A DNA stretch of 64,000 bases from an uncultured delta proteobacterium (GTDB taxonomy: Bacteria > Desulfobacterota > BSN033 > UBA1163). The first letter of the stretch is position 1. Each line of letters starts with the position of its first letter. Below the pieces are notes generated by a model. The model was given only the letters and a program-made list of their open reading frames with translations, was not told where the DNA came from and did not search any database. Both the position numbers and the translations under genes were made by a program. Positions 51,608 to 64,000 of this stretch are shown piece by piece. The stretch covers positions 1-64,000 of the forward strand of contig CAVPSJ010000008.1 of the NCBI GenBank assembly GCA_963708295.1, written 5' to 3'.

Positions 51608-52972
51608 TCAGAAGGATTTGGACCAGAGAAAGGTTACGCCGCTTCCGGCCTTTCCGTCGCGTAAAAAGCCAGTGTCCCACGCATACTCGATATACAATTG
51701 GGATTTCCAAAAGAAACCGCTCGTCACAGCAATTGCCGCCGTCTGACCCTTATCGCTCTTGAACCCGATCTGGTTTAACGCGATAATCGTCGACCGGTCC
51801 CCCCAGATGAAGGTACCCCGCAGTTCAAGATACAGAAAAGGGAGGAGCTCGCGCCGGTATTCCAGATTGAGGAGGAGATATTTGGAAACGAGAGTGACCG
51901 TGTCCAGAGCCCCTGGATAATTTGGACGAGCAAGGTCATCCGTTTCTTGGGCGAACGGGCCGCCGTCAAGACGGATCGCATTGTACCGGTCCGCGCTCTT
52001 TTTGTCCATGTAGCTTCCGTGAATGCCAGCAACGATGCGATTTTTCTCAGACAGGCCAGGAATGCCGAAGGCACCCACAAGGTATCCGGATGCGATGAGG
52101 TAGTTCTGGGTATCGTCTTTTTGGAAGGTGATGATGGCGTTGCCATAGTCTGCCCAATTTTCACGGTGAACGAAGTCCAGATTAAATCCTCCAGCCATCC
52201 CTGCATGGGGGAGTTCCATAAGGTTCCGGCGAATCCCATTGTAGCGTCCCCTCAGCTTTACGCCATACAACATCGTGTCGGGCGGTAGCCTGACGTCTGG
52301 ACCGGTTTCGCTCGTTTCTTTGGAATACAGATATCCTACCCGGCCAAGAACCTGGAGTCTCAGATCGTTGTCGACCTGGTAGGGAGCGACGGAATAGCGA
52401 AGTCCAGCACCGAGGAAACCGGAAAGCGTCCCCCATTTCAAAGAACTTTCATCGACCTCTTCGTTGCGGCGGAATCCTTTCTCGCTAAAGGGAATGGTAT
52501 AGTTTTCAAATCGGGCCACGAGCTCGGGATGCCCGAAGCTCTTCGCGCCGTCCACTTCGTTGACGAATGCACTCGCGACGATGCGCAACTGGGCTTTTTC
52601 CCACGTACGTCTCATAAATAGGGCGAAGAGTGGGGCGGAGGTCGTATCTGCCAGCTCTGGAAAGTAAGTGGTTGCCCCCAGCTCCAGCGAGGTCACATTG
52701 CCCCTGTCCCGCGCGGGGATCACAATACTTCGTCCCATGAATTCTAAATGGAAGGGTTCGCCGGCAAGAGGCGTATGATATTTTCCGTCGATGTCTTGCT
52801 GTGCTGGCTTACTTTCCGAAGCCAAGGTTTGGGTCGGATCCTGTTCGGCAAATGCAAGTTGTTGCTTCGGCCAAAAACTAAGAATCAAGAGGATGAGAAA
52901 AAAAATGGGAGGCCAAAAGAATTCAATTTGATGAGTCGCTTTGAACGTACCCTTCATGGTTCGTCTCCCCAA
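51608..52972 (-). CDS. Outer-membrane beta-barrel protein
   Basis: Signal peptide, alternating beta-strand pattern, LEYRREL, C-terminal beta-signal ending WSKSF. Confidence 0.75.
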   Translation of the reverse strand: MGRRTMKGTFKATHQIEFFWPPIFFLILLILSFWPKQQLAFAEQDPTQTLASESKPAQQDIDGKYHTPLAGEPFHLEFMGRSIVIPARDRGNVTSLELGATTYFPELADTTSAPLFALFMRRTWEKAQLRIVASAFVNEVDGAKSFGHPELVARFENYTIPFSEKGFRRNEEVDESSLKWGTLSGFLGAGLRYSVAPYQVDNDLRLQVLGRVGYLYSKETSETGPDVRLPPDTMLYGVKLRGRYNGIRRNLMELPHAGMAGGFNLDFVHRENWADYGNAIITFQKDDTQNYLIASGYLVGAFGIPGLSEKNRIVAGIHGSYMDKKSADRYNAIRLDGGPFAQETDDLARPNYPGALDTVTLVSKYLLLNLEYRRELLPFLYLELRGTFIWGDRSTIIALNQIGFKSDKGQTAAIAVTSGFFWKSQLYIEYAWDTGFLRDGKAGSGVTFLWSKSF

Positions 52973-53430
52973 AACCTCTCCTTTCTATATCTTACCAAAA
53001 AAGGTAAGGGGAATTCTATTTTTCTAGGAAAAAGGCTCGGGTGAAACGTTGCTTTGGCCCGGTCACAGAGGATGCATTACGATATAGTTACAGCAGAAAT
53101 TCTCACATCTATGGGCTGGTACTATCTGGTCATCCTTCTCCTGGTTGCCTTCGACCTTAAGAGCAAAAAAAAGAGCTTCGGACATTTTTGTCAATCGATG
53201 TGTTATTTTGTATCAACAAAACTGAAGATTGGCACTTGCGCCTAAATGGGCATACTGGATAATCAATTGAATCTATTCTGAAATTATTATTGGCAAACCA
53301 CTGGCATATTTCTTAATTTTTTGCACAGATTTTGCAGCCAAAATACCTTATTCCACATGGCTGTCTAACGGTACCAGTCCGATAAGTCGAGAGGTTCACA
53401 CTACTCACTCTTAAACAGAGAGGAGGAACA

Positions 53431-54417
53431 ATGTATAGCAGACTAACGGCATGGCAAAATGCCACAAGAGACGCAAAAAACAACCTTCCAGGCAGGAGTG
53501 ACCAACAATTCTCTTCGTTTGAGAAAGAGCTGATGGCAATGGCCAGGAATGAGGCCCGGCAAATTACCTCTTCCTATGGCCCCCAATTAGAGGTCCTCAA
53601 CGGAAAACACAAACCCTTGCTTATGGATTATGAACGTATCTCCAAAGATTATGAAGCTCATGCGGCCAGGATCAATCGCAGTGAACCCAGTGTGGAGTTG
53701 ACCAGGACAAAATACTATGTGCTGATGGCTTTATTTGTCCTGGGTGAAATTCCCATGAATTCCCTCGCCTTCGCAGTGTTTGGAGAAAACCAGATCTTTA
53801 CATGGGTCATGGCGATCGGCGTAGCCGTAGCGATTCCATGGATTGCCCACGCCATGGGGATTCTTTTGAAGCGTTGGTCTGATCCATGGTGGAAAAACGC
53901 CATCGGCATCGGATCACTCCTTTTCCTTACCATCGGAGGCCTGGTGGCGATCGGCTACGTACGTGTCCAGTACCTGGGTGACCTCAGCAAAACGGGAGCA
54001 GTGATCGGCTTCGGCAATAGTACTCTGATAGGCGCTGCTTTTGTTGGCCTGAACCTGGTCATTTTAGCCGCAGCGACACTCTGTTCTTATTTTGCCCATG
54101 ACACGGACCCCATGCTAGAGCATTTACATCGAAGGACGAATCAACTGGACAAGGCCAGGCGATCCATCGAAGCAAAGTACAGGAAAATCCTGACCGAACA
54201 ACAACAAAAATTACACCGGATTCAGCAACGAACCCAGGAGATCATCCATTACTACCGCAAAATCAACCTGCGGAAGCGCCCTGACCATGAAAAGCCAAAA
54301 TCCTTTGACCGGGATCATGAGTTGGGTGTTGAGTTTGAAAATGGAGACCAAGACATTAAACCGGAAACCGAGACCACTCGTCTGAAAATGGTGGCAGCCG
54401 GTCAAACCCGTTCATAA
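53431..54417 (+). CDS. Four-TM membrane protein flanked by coiled coils
   Basis: Heptad-rich N- and C-terminal segments around four hydrophobic helices; AGGAGG RBS. Confidence 0.75.
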   Translation: MYSRLTAWQNATRDAKNNLPGRSDQQFSSFEKELMAMARNEARQITSSYGPQLEVLNGKHKPLLMDYERISKDYEAHAARINRSEPSVELTRTKYYVLMALFVLGEIPMNSLAFAVFGENQIFTWVMAIGVAVAIPWIAHAMGILLKRWSDPWWKNAIGIGSLLFLTIGGLVAIGYVRVQYLGDLSKTGAVIGFGNSTLIGAAFVGLNLVILAAATLCSYFAHDTDPMLEHLHRRTNQLDKARRSIEAKYRKILTEQQQKLHRIQQRTQEIIHYYRKINLRKRPDHEKPKSFDRDHELGVEFENGDQDIKPETETTRLKMVAAGQTRS

Positions 54418-54438
54418 GGATTGAGGTGAAAAATCCAA

Positions 54439-55227
54439 ATGAAACAGCGGCAACTGAGACTGTTGGGGCTTATCATGATTGGCACGTTTTTGTTGTGCAG
54501 TCCGTCGAACTGGAGTGGCGACGCTTTCGCAAAATCCGAAAACCCCGCCCAACCTCCACGGCTGATCGTAATTTTTGTGGACATGTCGGCCAGCGCAGAT
54601 CAGGCCCGGCGTACCGTCTGTAAGGAGGCGTTTGAGAAGATCTATCAGAATCTTCGGCAGGGGGATCGCGTGGTGGTGGGGACCATCACCAGTCAATCCT
54701 ATGTCGAATTCAAACCGGCCGTGGATGAGGAGATTCCGAAAAAAACGGTTTGGGATAACCGCCTTCAGTATGAGAAAAAACTGACAGATACCAAGGAGAA
54801 GATTCGGAGGGAAGCGAATAAACTCCTCTCGCAAAAGGAGGGGACTTTGCTGACGGAGATCTTAGATTCGCTCAATATTGCCGATATCATTTTTCATGAC
54901 GGGAAGGAGCGTCAAAAGGTTTTGGTTCTTCTTTCTGATATGATCCAGGATTCAAAGGAGTACAGATTTGATAAGGACAAGATTACAGACGAGTATATTA
55001 ACAATGTCATACGGTCTCGGCAAAAGAGCAAGCTCGTTCCAAACCTTGCCAATGTCAAGGTCTATGTGGCAGGGGCCAGTGCGGCCGATTCCGAAAAATT
55101 TCGAGCGATACAAGCATTTTGGGCTCGCTATTTCGCCGAAAGCAAAGCGGATTTCTCCCCTCATCGCTACGGCCATTCCCTGATCAATTTTGAAAATGGA
55201 TCCCAACCAAAATCAGCCCCAAAATGA
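54439..55227 (+). CDS. Exported vWA (MIDAS)-like protein
   Basis: Signal peptide; IFVDMSAS (DxSxS), TEI, LLSDMIQDS. Confidence 0.7.
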   Translation: MKQRQLRLLGLIMIGTFLLCSPSNWSGDAFAKSENPAQPPRLIVIFVDMSASADQARRTVCKEAFEKIYQNLRQGDRVVVGTITSQSYVEFKPAVDEEIPKKTVWDNRLQYEKKLTDTKEKIRREANKLLSQKEGTLLTEILDSLNIADIIFHDGKERQKVLVLLSDMIQDSKEYRFDKDKITDEYINNVIRSRQKSKLVPNLANVKVYVAGASAADSEKFRAIQAFWARYFAESKADFSPHRYGHSLINFENGSQPKSAPK

Positions 55228-55303
55228 AACAGGGCCTCACGTTTGCAGTGCTGTTGGTTTAAAGTAACGATTGGTCAGCCTGCCTATTCACCGGTCCACA
55301 AAC

Positions 55304-55693
55304 TCAGTGGGTATGATGCTCCTCTTCAGCTTTGTCTGCCTCGGCCTTGGTTTTGTGCACTGTGCCGTCGGGGTGGTTTGGCGGCGAATAGATGGTGTAT
55401 AGCTTCAACCGACCCCTTCCGGTGTTTATCACGTTGTGGAAGGTTCCCGCCGGGACAATGACCGCCTCGCCGTCATGGACCACATGCTCCTCTTTTTCAT
55501 TGAAAATGAATTTTGCCTCGCCTTGCTCAATCCTGAAGAACTGGTCTACATGAGGGTGGACCTCGTCTCCAATTTCCTCTCCTCGTTGAAGGCACATCAC
55601 AACCAGTTGAGCATTGTTTGCCGTGAACAAAACCTGCCTGAAATAATTGTTCTTCAATGTCTGCTTCTCGATGTTTCCAACATAACCTGTCAT
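55304..55693 (-). CDS. Cupin domain protein (mannose-6-phosphate isomerase-like)
   Basis: EIGDEVH..VDQFFRIE, VPAGTFHNVIN, YTIYSPPNH; AGGAGG RBS. Confidence 0.9.
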   Translation of the reverse strand: MTGYVGNIEKQTLKNNYFRQVLFTANNAQLVVMCLQRGEEIGDEVHPHVDQFFRIEQGEAKFIFNEKEEHVVHDGEAVIVPAGTFHNVINTGRGRLKLYTIYSPPNHPDGTVHKTKAEADKAEEEHHTH

Positions 55694-55864
55694 TCTGGCA
55701 CCTCCTTGTAGGATTTTATTTTAATGTGCCGTTCGTCTTTCATGGAATTCTTCGGGATCTGAGATCCACCTCCTCCTGGTGGGATCTCTTACTTCATTCG
55801 TACAGATCCATGATACCCTTACCTACTTCTACTTGAGGATAGGGCGAGGGGTTGCACCTGAGTT

Positions 55865-55906
55865 GGTTCGGCGGCGATACGCCGTCCGCGGAACCGGTTG
55901 TTAGCT
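55865..55906 (-). other. Truncated attC-like hairpin downstream of katG
   Basis: Minus strand AGCTAAC-AACCGGTTCCGCGGACGGCG-tat-CGCCGCCGAACC; the right core is missing. Confidence 0.35.
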
Positions 55907-55957
55907 GACCGTATTTTATCTCCCTGTCAGAACCCCTCGAAGACGTTTATGCTACGA

Positions 55958-58195
<2,238 letters not shown>

Positions 58196-58281
58196 CTATG
58201 TATAATAGTGTTTCGCTGCCCATCTAGCTAACAGTTAATGGACGAAACCGATGCCAAGAAAGAGAGAAAGGCATAGGGCCG

Positions 58282-58752
58282 TCAGGCATTCTCTTCCTCG
58301 ACACGCTTATCCCCGCCCTCTTTTGTTTTTGCATGGCAGTCCCTGCAATACCCGTAATACTCCAGCCGGGTGTCAGTGATCGAGAAGCCGGTCTTCTTCA
58401 CGACCCTCCTGGGGTCAACAGTAATGGGGACTTTGTAATCGAGTATCTTCTTACATTTCTCGCAGACCAGATTAATATGCTCTTCAAGATTCCCTTCGTA
58501 GCGGTTTTCCATCTTGTCAAACTGAAGCGTCTTGATGATTCCGTGGCGGGATAGCTCGTTGAGCGTCGCATAAGTGGTCGATAAGCTTACATTCTTCTTT
58601 TTCTTCCTTGCCTCCTCATAAACCAGACGCGCGCCGGGATGAAGATCCCTCTGCTCGATCAGCACCTCGATGATCACCACTCGTTGAGGGGTGACTTTTA
58701 ATCCCCTCTCCCTCAGTTGTTTGATGATCGCTTCTTTAGTGATGTTTTCCAA
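58282..58752 (-). CDS. Fur-family regulator, probably PerR-like
   Basis: GLKVTPQR, HP, SLSTTY, HINLVCEKC, YGYCRDC; directly upstream of katG. Confidence 0.9.
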   Translation of the reverse strand: MENITKEAIIKQLRERGLKVTPQRVVIIEVLIEQRDLHPGARLVYEEARKKKKNVSLSTTYATLNELSRHGIIKTLQFDKMENRYEGNLEEHINLVCEKCKKILDYKVPITVDPRRVVKKTGFSITDTRLEYYGYCRDCHAKTKEGGDKRVEEENA

Positions 58753-58778
58753 TTCGGAACCATTCCAGATTAAATTTC

Positions 58779-58807
58779 AGTATAATAACTCACCCGACAT
58801 CTGTCAA
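58779..58807 (-). promoter_or_regulatory. Sigma-70 promoter of the fur/perR-katG unit
   Basis: TTGACA-N17-TATACT. Confidence 0.7.
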
Positions 58808-59072
58808 GGCTTACTTTTAGACAAAATTACGAGTGGATTGGGGGGGGAGAGAATGGGATCTTATCTCCCAAGGAGGAATTTAATCCATAGTGTCCACCCC
58901 ATTAGGGACTGGCTATTAAGTCCAGCAGCGAATCGATTACAAATAAACTCTAAGAAGCTGCTGCGTGAATCGCAGTAAATGGTCTCCTTGCGTCCTAAGG
59001 GTTGATGTGCTACGAAGAAGTTGCTTTTTCGTTTAATTTGAACTTACCGTTGAAAGCGGAGGAAGAAAGTTT

Positions 59073-59825
59073 ATGGCTGAGCCATTTCTGGTTGCCCGGA
59101 AACTGCACAAGAGCTTTAACGGGCACCACGCCGTCCATGATGTTTCCTTCACTATCGAGAAGGGTGAAATCTTCGGTTTGCTGGGTCCCAACGGCGCCGG
59201 CAAAACGACCACGATCCGCATGCTGTCCACGGTCCTGCCCCCTGACCACGGCGATGTTACGATCGGCGGCTATTCACTCAGAGATAACGCGGCAGCCGCC
59301 CGAAGACTGATCGGTGTGTGCCCGCAGGACCTGGCCCTTTACCAGGACCTTTCCGCCCTGGATAATCTCATTTTCTTCGGTCGGATGGAAGGATTAAGCG
59401 GCAAAGAAGCGCGGGCACAGGCCGTGGCCAACCTGGAGCTGGTGGGCTTGCTGGAGAGGGCCAAAGAGAAGGTGGAGAAGTTTTCCACCGGCATGAAACG
59501 GCGGGTCAATCTGGTCGATTGCCCTGATGGGCGACCCCAGTCTCCTCTTTCTTGATGAACCCACCGTCGGCATCGACCCCCAGTCCCGTAACAATATCTA
59601 CGAGACCATCTTCGGCCTTCGCGACAAGGGGATGACCATCCTCTACACCACTCACTACATGGAAGAGGCCGACCGCCTGTGCAACCGGATTGCCATTATG
59701 GACGCCGGGAAAATCATCACCATGGATACGCCCAATCATCTGAAGAGCCAGGATAGGGGACGCCGGAGAAAACGACACTCGAAGACGTTTTCCTGAAGCT
59801 GACGGGCAGAAGCCTGCGGGATTAA
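59073..59825 (+). CDS. ABC exporter ATP-binding subunit (frameshifted)
   Basis: GPNGAGKT, FSTGMKRR, LDEPTVGIDP, TTHYMEEA, LEDVFLKLTG. Confidence 0.92.
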
Positions 59826-59831
59826 TTGAAA

Positions 59832-61013
59832 ATGAGACGAGCTTTTTGGGTTGCCCTGAAAGAAGTGCGCCTCTTTTTGCAGGATAAAGGAGACTTGGCC
59901 TTCAGCCTGCTCTTGCCTATCGCTGTCTTCGCCCTCATGTATGGCGCTTTCGGGGGGCAATCCCTCTTTCACGGCATCGCCCACATCGTCAACGGAGACC
60001 CTGACGGCGCGTACTCGAAGCTCCTTCTGGAACGTCTGGACAAAAACGAGAACCTTGACATCGAGATGCACTCTGCCGCCGACGCCGAAACGAAGCTGGG
60101 AAACTCCGACCTGCAACTGGTCCTTTTTATCCCCGGTGATTTTTCCAGCAAGCTTGGCGCAGGAGAGAAGGCAACGCTGGTCTTCAAACAGCGGGGAAAC
60201 GGCGGTCAGGAAGGGCAGATTGTCGCCGGCATCATCCGGAGCGTTGCGCAGCAGATAGCGCAGGAAGTCCAGGTGCAGCGGCAGGTGCAGGCAGCCCTGG
60301 CCGGACAGAACATAAGCGGAGCCCAGGTGACCGTCGCCGTGCAGAAATTCATCGACCGTGAGCGAGAGCATCCCACCGTCCGTATTACTGAGACCATGGT
60401 GGGCGTCCGGCCTGACCCGGCAAAACAGTTTCTGCCCGGCATCCTGACGATGTTCATTCTTTTCGCGATCACTCTCAATGCCCGGGCAATTGTGGAGGAG
60501 CGCAAGAAGGGCACTCTTGAACGGCTGATGACCACCCGGCTCACCTCCGGTCAGCTTTTTGTCGGCAAATTTCTCGCCGGTATTTTCCGTGGTTTCATCC
60601 AGACCGTTATTTTGCTCATCCTGGCATACCTGGTTTTCCGGTTCTTTACCCCTCTTACCTTTCTGGAGTCCTTGCTGATCGCCCTTGTCTTTGCGGCGGC
60701 AGCCAGCGCCATCGGTCTGGTGATCGCCGTTATTGTTCGCACCGAAGACGCTGCGACCTGGGTTGCCGTATTCGTCACGATGCTGATGACCATGCTGGGG
60801 GGTACTTTCATCACGATCCGTCCGGGTTCGATATGGGACACCCTGAGCAAAATCTCCATCAATACTTATGCCAATAACGCCGTGAAGACCGTCGTTCTCA
60901 ATGGAGGCGCCTTTGCCGATATCGCGATGGATCTGGTGGTGCTGGCCGGAGTGGCGGTAGCAGGAGTCATCATCAGCCGCATCCTTTTCCGTATCGTACC
61001 CGGAGGCAAGTAG
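59832..61013 (+). CDS. ABC-2 type permease
   Basis: N-terminal TM, large loop, EERKKGTLERL, five C-terminal TMs. Confidence 0.9.
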   Translation: MRRAFWVALKEVRLFLQDKGDLAFSLLLPIAVFALMYGAFGGQSLFHGIAHIVNGDPDGAYSKLLLERLDKNENLDIEMHSAADAETKLGNSDLQLVLFIPGDFSSKLGAGEKATLVFKQRGNGGQEGQIVAGIIRSVAQQIAQEVQVQRQVQAALAGQNISGAQVTVAVQKFIDREREHPTVRITETMVGVRPDPAKQFLPGILTMFILFAITLNARAIVEERKKGTLERLMTTRLTSGQLFVGKFLAGIFRGFIQTVILLILAYLVFRFFTPLTFLESLLIALVFAAAASAIGLVIAVIVRTEDAATWVAVFVTMLMTMLGGTFITIRPGSIWDTLSKISINTYANNAVKTVVLNGGAFADIAMDLVVLAGVAVAGVIISRILFRIVPGGK

Positions 61014-61018
61014 TCTTT

Positions 61019-62269
61019 ATGAAACAGATGAAACGCGCCTGGTTTATCGCCATGAAGGACTTAAGACTTTTTGCCGCCCACCGCGGGGCGCTCTTCTTTG
61101 CCCTGCTCTTTCCCTTCTTCTTTGCCACGATGTTCTACTTCCTGATGCAGGGGGTCGGCGGGAGTGATAAAAGGCTGGAACTCCACCTGGTCACCCGTGA
61201 GACGCAGGGGATGAGCCACCAGATTATCGAAGCAATGGTCACCAAGGACGAAGCCCGGCTCAAACCGGGCGAGCCAAAAATCGTCTGGGACAAGGACTAT
61301 GAGAAAGCCAAGCGGGCGGTGGAGGACAAGAAGCTTGCAGGGTTCCTGGCTTTCCCCCCTGATTTCACCCAGGGCGTCTCGCTGGGCTACGGCGCCAACC
61401 TGGAAATCGTGGTCAATGCCGAGTCTCCCGGCTGCCCGCGCCGCGCTGCATGGCCTGGCACAGGGCATTGCTGCGCAGGCCGGAGCGCAGCAGGTTTCCA
61501 GTCCGCGCCACATTGGGCTTGCTCGTTGAGGGGGAAACGTCCTCGGGAAATCGCGCTCAACATCGCCCAGGTGATCCAGCAGATCCTGCCCAAGATATCC
61601 ACTCGGCAACCGACTGCGGAGGAGTCCCTCATTACCTTTGACATTCGGAAGGCAGGCGAAGTGGAAGCGAGAACCCGTCTAACTATGTCATCCCCGGCTA
61701 CCTGGTCATGTTCGTCTTCTTCGCAGCTGCGCTGGGGGCGGAGGCGATTGTCCGGGAGCGGCAGAACCAGACCCTGGAGCGGCTGTTGGCAAGCTCGGTG
61801 CGGCGGGAAGCGATACTTGGGGGGACTCTTTGCCGGTACCGCCTTAAAAGGATTGATTCAGATTATTCTCTTCTGGATCGTAGGGATCTTCGCCTTCAAG
61901 ATGAAGCTGGGAGCGTCGCCGGGCGGCGTTATCCTGATGTCCGTTTTGATGGTGCTGACGTCCTCCGCCTTTTCCATCATGCTGGCCACGCTGGCTAAAA
62001 CACGCCCGGCCGCCATTGCCGTCGGCGTGCTCACTTCGTTGATTCTGGCGCCGCTGGGCGGCTGCTGGTGGCCGCTTTTCATCACTCCGAAATGGATGCA
62101 GTTCCTTGCTCAGTTTACCCCCCATGGTTGGGCGACGCTGGGCTTTAACAAGCTGATGGTCTTTGGCGCCGATTTCAATGCCGCCCTTCCCAATATGCTT
62201 GCCCTCGTTGGATTCGCCGTGGTCTTCGGCATGATCGCAGTGTGGCGTTTCCGCACCAGCGCCACTTAA
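61019..62269 (+). CDS. ABC-2 type permease (frameshifted)
   Basis: PGYLVMF and ERQNQTLERL in an alternate frame; LGGCWWP, TPHGW. Confidence 0.88.
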   Translation: MKQMKRAWFIAMKDLRLFAAHRGALFFALLFPFFFATMFYFLMQGVGGSDKRLELHLVTRETQGMSHQIIEAMVTKDEARLKPGEPKIVWDKDYEKAKRAVEDKKLAGFLAFPPDFTQGVSLGYGANLEIVVNAESPGCPRRAAWPGTGHCCAGRSAAGFQSAPHWACSLRGKRPREIALNIAQVIQQILPKISTRQPTAEESLITFDIRKAGEVEARTRLTMSSPATWSCSSSSQLRWGRRRLSGSGRTRPWSGCWQARCGGKRYLGGLFAGTALKGLIQIILFWIVGIFAFKMKLGASPGGVILMSVLMVLTSSAFSIMLATLAKTRPAAIAVGVLTSLILAPLGGCWWPLFITPKWMQFLAQFTPHGWATLGFNKLMVFGADFNAALPNMLALVGFAVVFGMIAVWRFRTSAT

Positions 62270-62587
62270 CCGAATCTTATTTATATTTAGATAGATTATT
62301 TCAAAAATAGAAATTTGTAATTTTATGGAATCCCGCCTATCTGTCTGCGGTCAGCAAGGTTATAAACCGAGGAGATTAGGCAAAACTGATTTTCCAAGAC
62401 TTGACCCCATATCCCATTGCGGGTGGGACCAAGGCAAATATTGGATTTTATGAGTAACTTTTTGAAGACAGGAGGCTGTTTTTGGCTTTAGAATGGCCAT
62501 TTTGGGGTTGAAATCATCGTGCTTAGGAACTTTAAGTCTGGGCGCGCAGAAGCGGGATGGGATTGACTGGATTGGTGGACTGGCGAT

Positions 62588-62995
62588 TCAGGGCAGGCGG
62601 CTGATGCCTTCAAATTGCTCAAAATGTTTGTCAAAGGCAAAGGCGCTTTTCAGTTTGAGAGACCTCATGATGGAGAAGCTTGTGCAGTCGGTAAAACTGA
62701 AATCCTTGTCGGCGTATCGTTTGAAAATAGTAAAAGCCGCGTCCTCAATAGAAGGAGTCACTGTGACAATTTCAATGAAACCGCTTTTCTTCAGGTTCTC
62801 CCGGAAAAGAACGGCGATATGATGTGAAATCCTCGCCCTGAGGTAATTCATCGTCTCGCAGACAACGAAGTTTGTGGTGACAAACCGCGTCCCCTTTTCC
62901 TTTGCATTTCTGTAAAAGGCAGCAGCAGCCTTGTGGTTTTCGTCATCTGCATCGGTGAGCGCTATAAATGCCCCCGTGTCTACAAACAACTTCAT
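62588..62995 (-). CDS. vapC: PIN-domain toxin (VapC-like)
   Basis: FVDTGAF, E, SFTDC, FAFDKHF; 4-nt overlap with the antitoxin gene. Confidence 0.9.
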   Translation of the reverse strand: MKLFVDTGAFIALTDADDENHKAAAAFYRNAKEKGTRFVTTNFVVCETMNYLRARISHHIAVLFRENLKKSGFIEIVTVTPSIEDAAFTIFKRYADKDFSFTDCTSFSIMRSLKLKSAFAFDKHFEQFEGISRLP

Positions 62996-63243
62996 TGCTT
63001 TCTCCCGTAGAGGTAGCGGTCATGCTTTGAAGACGCATCTTTGATGCCTGATCTTGCGATTCCGATCACGTCTTCAAAAGGGTCCTTTTCGCGTTCTTCA
63101 GGCTGTGGAGCGGCAGCGAGAGACATCTCGATCGCTTCGCGGATAATCTGGTTCACGCTCTTCTTCTCCTCGATTGCTCTGTACTTGAGGGTCTTCAAGA
63201 GATCTTCGGGAAGCCGTATATTCGTTGCTATCGTTGCAGGCAT
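62992..63243 (-). CDS. RHH/CopG-type antitoxin
   Basis: TNIRLPEDL...KSVNQIIREAI...HDRYLYG; GGAGG RBS. Confidence 0.85.
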   Translation of the reverse strand: MPATIATNIRLPEDLLKTLKYRAIEEKKSVNQIIREAIEMSLAAAPQPEEREKDPFEDVIGIARSGIKDASSKHDRYLYGRKQ

Positions 63244-63272
63244 AATGAACCTCCATTCAGTTACTGAATAAT

Positions 63273-63301
63273 ACCATAGCATCATAGTATCATGATGTCA
63301 A
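63273..63301 (-). promoter_or_regulatory. TA promoter with overlapping 8-bp-period operator repeats
   Basis: TTGACA-N17-TATGGT; accatagc/atcatagt/atcatgat. Confidence 0.6.
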
Positions 63302-63357
63302 GATATATTCTTTGCTATTGTCTTTGAATGCGGTATTGAGTCGCCGCATAGGTGATT

Positions 63358-63654
63358 CTAACGGTGTCGATCTGTCATGAGGGCAGGGTATTTAAAAGGG
63401 TATCCTATATTAACTAGGCCCTCTTTGATTCCTCTGGAAACCTCATTCGCGAAGCGATTCAAGGTTTGTTGATCCATCTTTTTATAGATGCCTTTATCTG
63501 CAAGAACCCAGACCTTCCTTTCGAGGAGGGAGATGAAGAAGAGAACTCCTGTACTCTTCTTTGTCCTGTAGAGTCCTCTCTCGAAAAAAGCCCCCTCAGC
63601 CCTCAGCCTGACTGCTTCCACTTTTCTTCTGATTCCGATAAAGGCCTTTTTCAA
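63358..63654 (-). pseudogene. Internal fragment of a TPM-domain (COG3762-like) membrane protein gene
   Basis: TKKSTGVLFFISLLERKVWVLADKGI; both ends missing. Confidence 0.65.
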
Positions 63655-64000
63655 CCGCTCGACTTTTATAAAGAGGTAATGTTGCGGAGCACCAGGTCTT
63701 TGTAACGGTTCTCTTAATAGTCACTCCCCAGATTGGTATAGGACTGCCCGGTTGTGCACATGCGGTAGAAGAGGCGGGCGAGTTTATGGGGGTGTCGGTG
63801 ATCGCCTTTGGTGCCCCGAGACGGGCACGACTTTCGCGCCTTTGGCGTCAAGTCCCTCGCGTGGTCTAAAACCAACAAAAAACCCTTGTCTTATAGGCAA
63901 GATATTTATAAGATGAGAAGACTGGAGAAGGAGTTCGGCGGTCGGATGATTGGGAAGATAAGCAGAGCTCAAGGAATTTGTTCTAATTAGATTGAGGTCC

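Overview
This looks like a chromosomal window from an anaerobic deltaproteobacterium (Desulfobacterota/Syntrophobacteria-like, inferred from gene content). Single-base frameshifts break many otherwise conserved genes, which points to uncorrected long-read indels rather than biology. I saw no rRNA, intact tRNA, CRISPR array, integrase or intact transposase. Layout: (1) 1-16 kb is a patchwork accessory region with gene fragments, REP-like repeats and two copies of an unannotated sigma-54 promoter + palindromic enhancer + small acidic peptide cassette. (2) 16.8-31 kb holds TRAP/TTT transporters, an M24 peptidase, Pfk, an Fe-ADH and a pyrogallol-transhydroxylase-like Mo enzyme, with a ~175-nt rod-shaped candidate RNA upstream of it. 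(3) 31-40 kb is mixed genes, including an ExeA-type ATPase fused to a small domain that also occurs standalone nearby. (4) 40.3-50.4 kb is the top candidate for an undescribed system: a co-oriented operon encoding a B12-radical SAM enzyme, a homocitrate-synthase-like enzyme, a two-subunit homoaconitase, a TrxB-like flavoprotein lacking CxxC, LuxE, LuxC and a U32 Fe-S protein. It lacks a LeuB/AksF dehydrogenase and luxAB. (5) 51-64 kb has an outer-membrane barrel, a coiled-coil membrane protein + vWA pair, perR-katG with attC-like flanks on katG, an ABC exporter and vapBC. Product names come from motif recognition only; no database searches were run.
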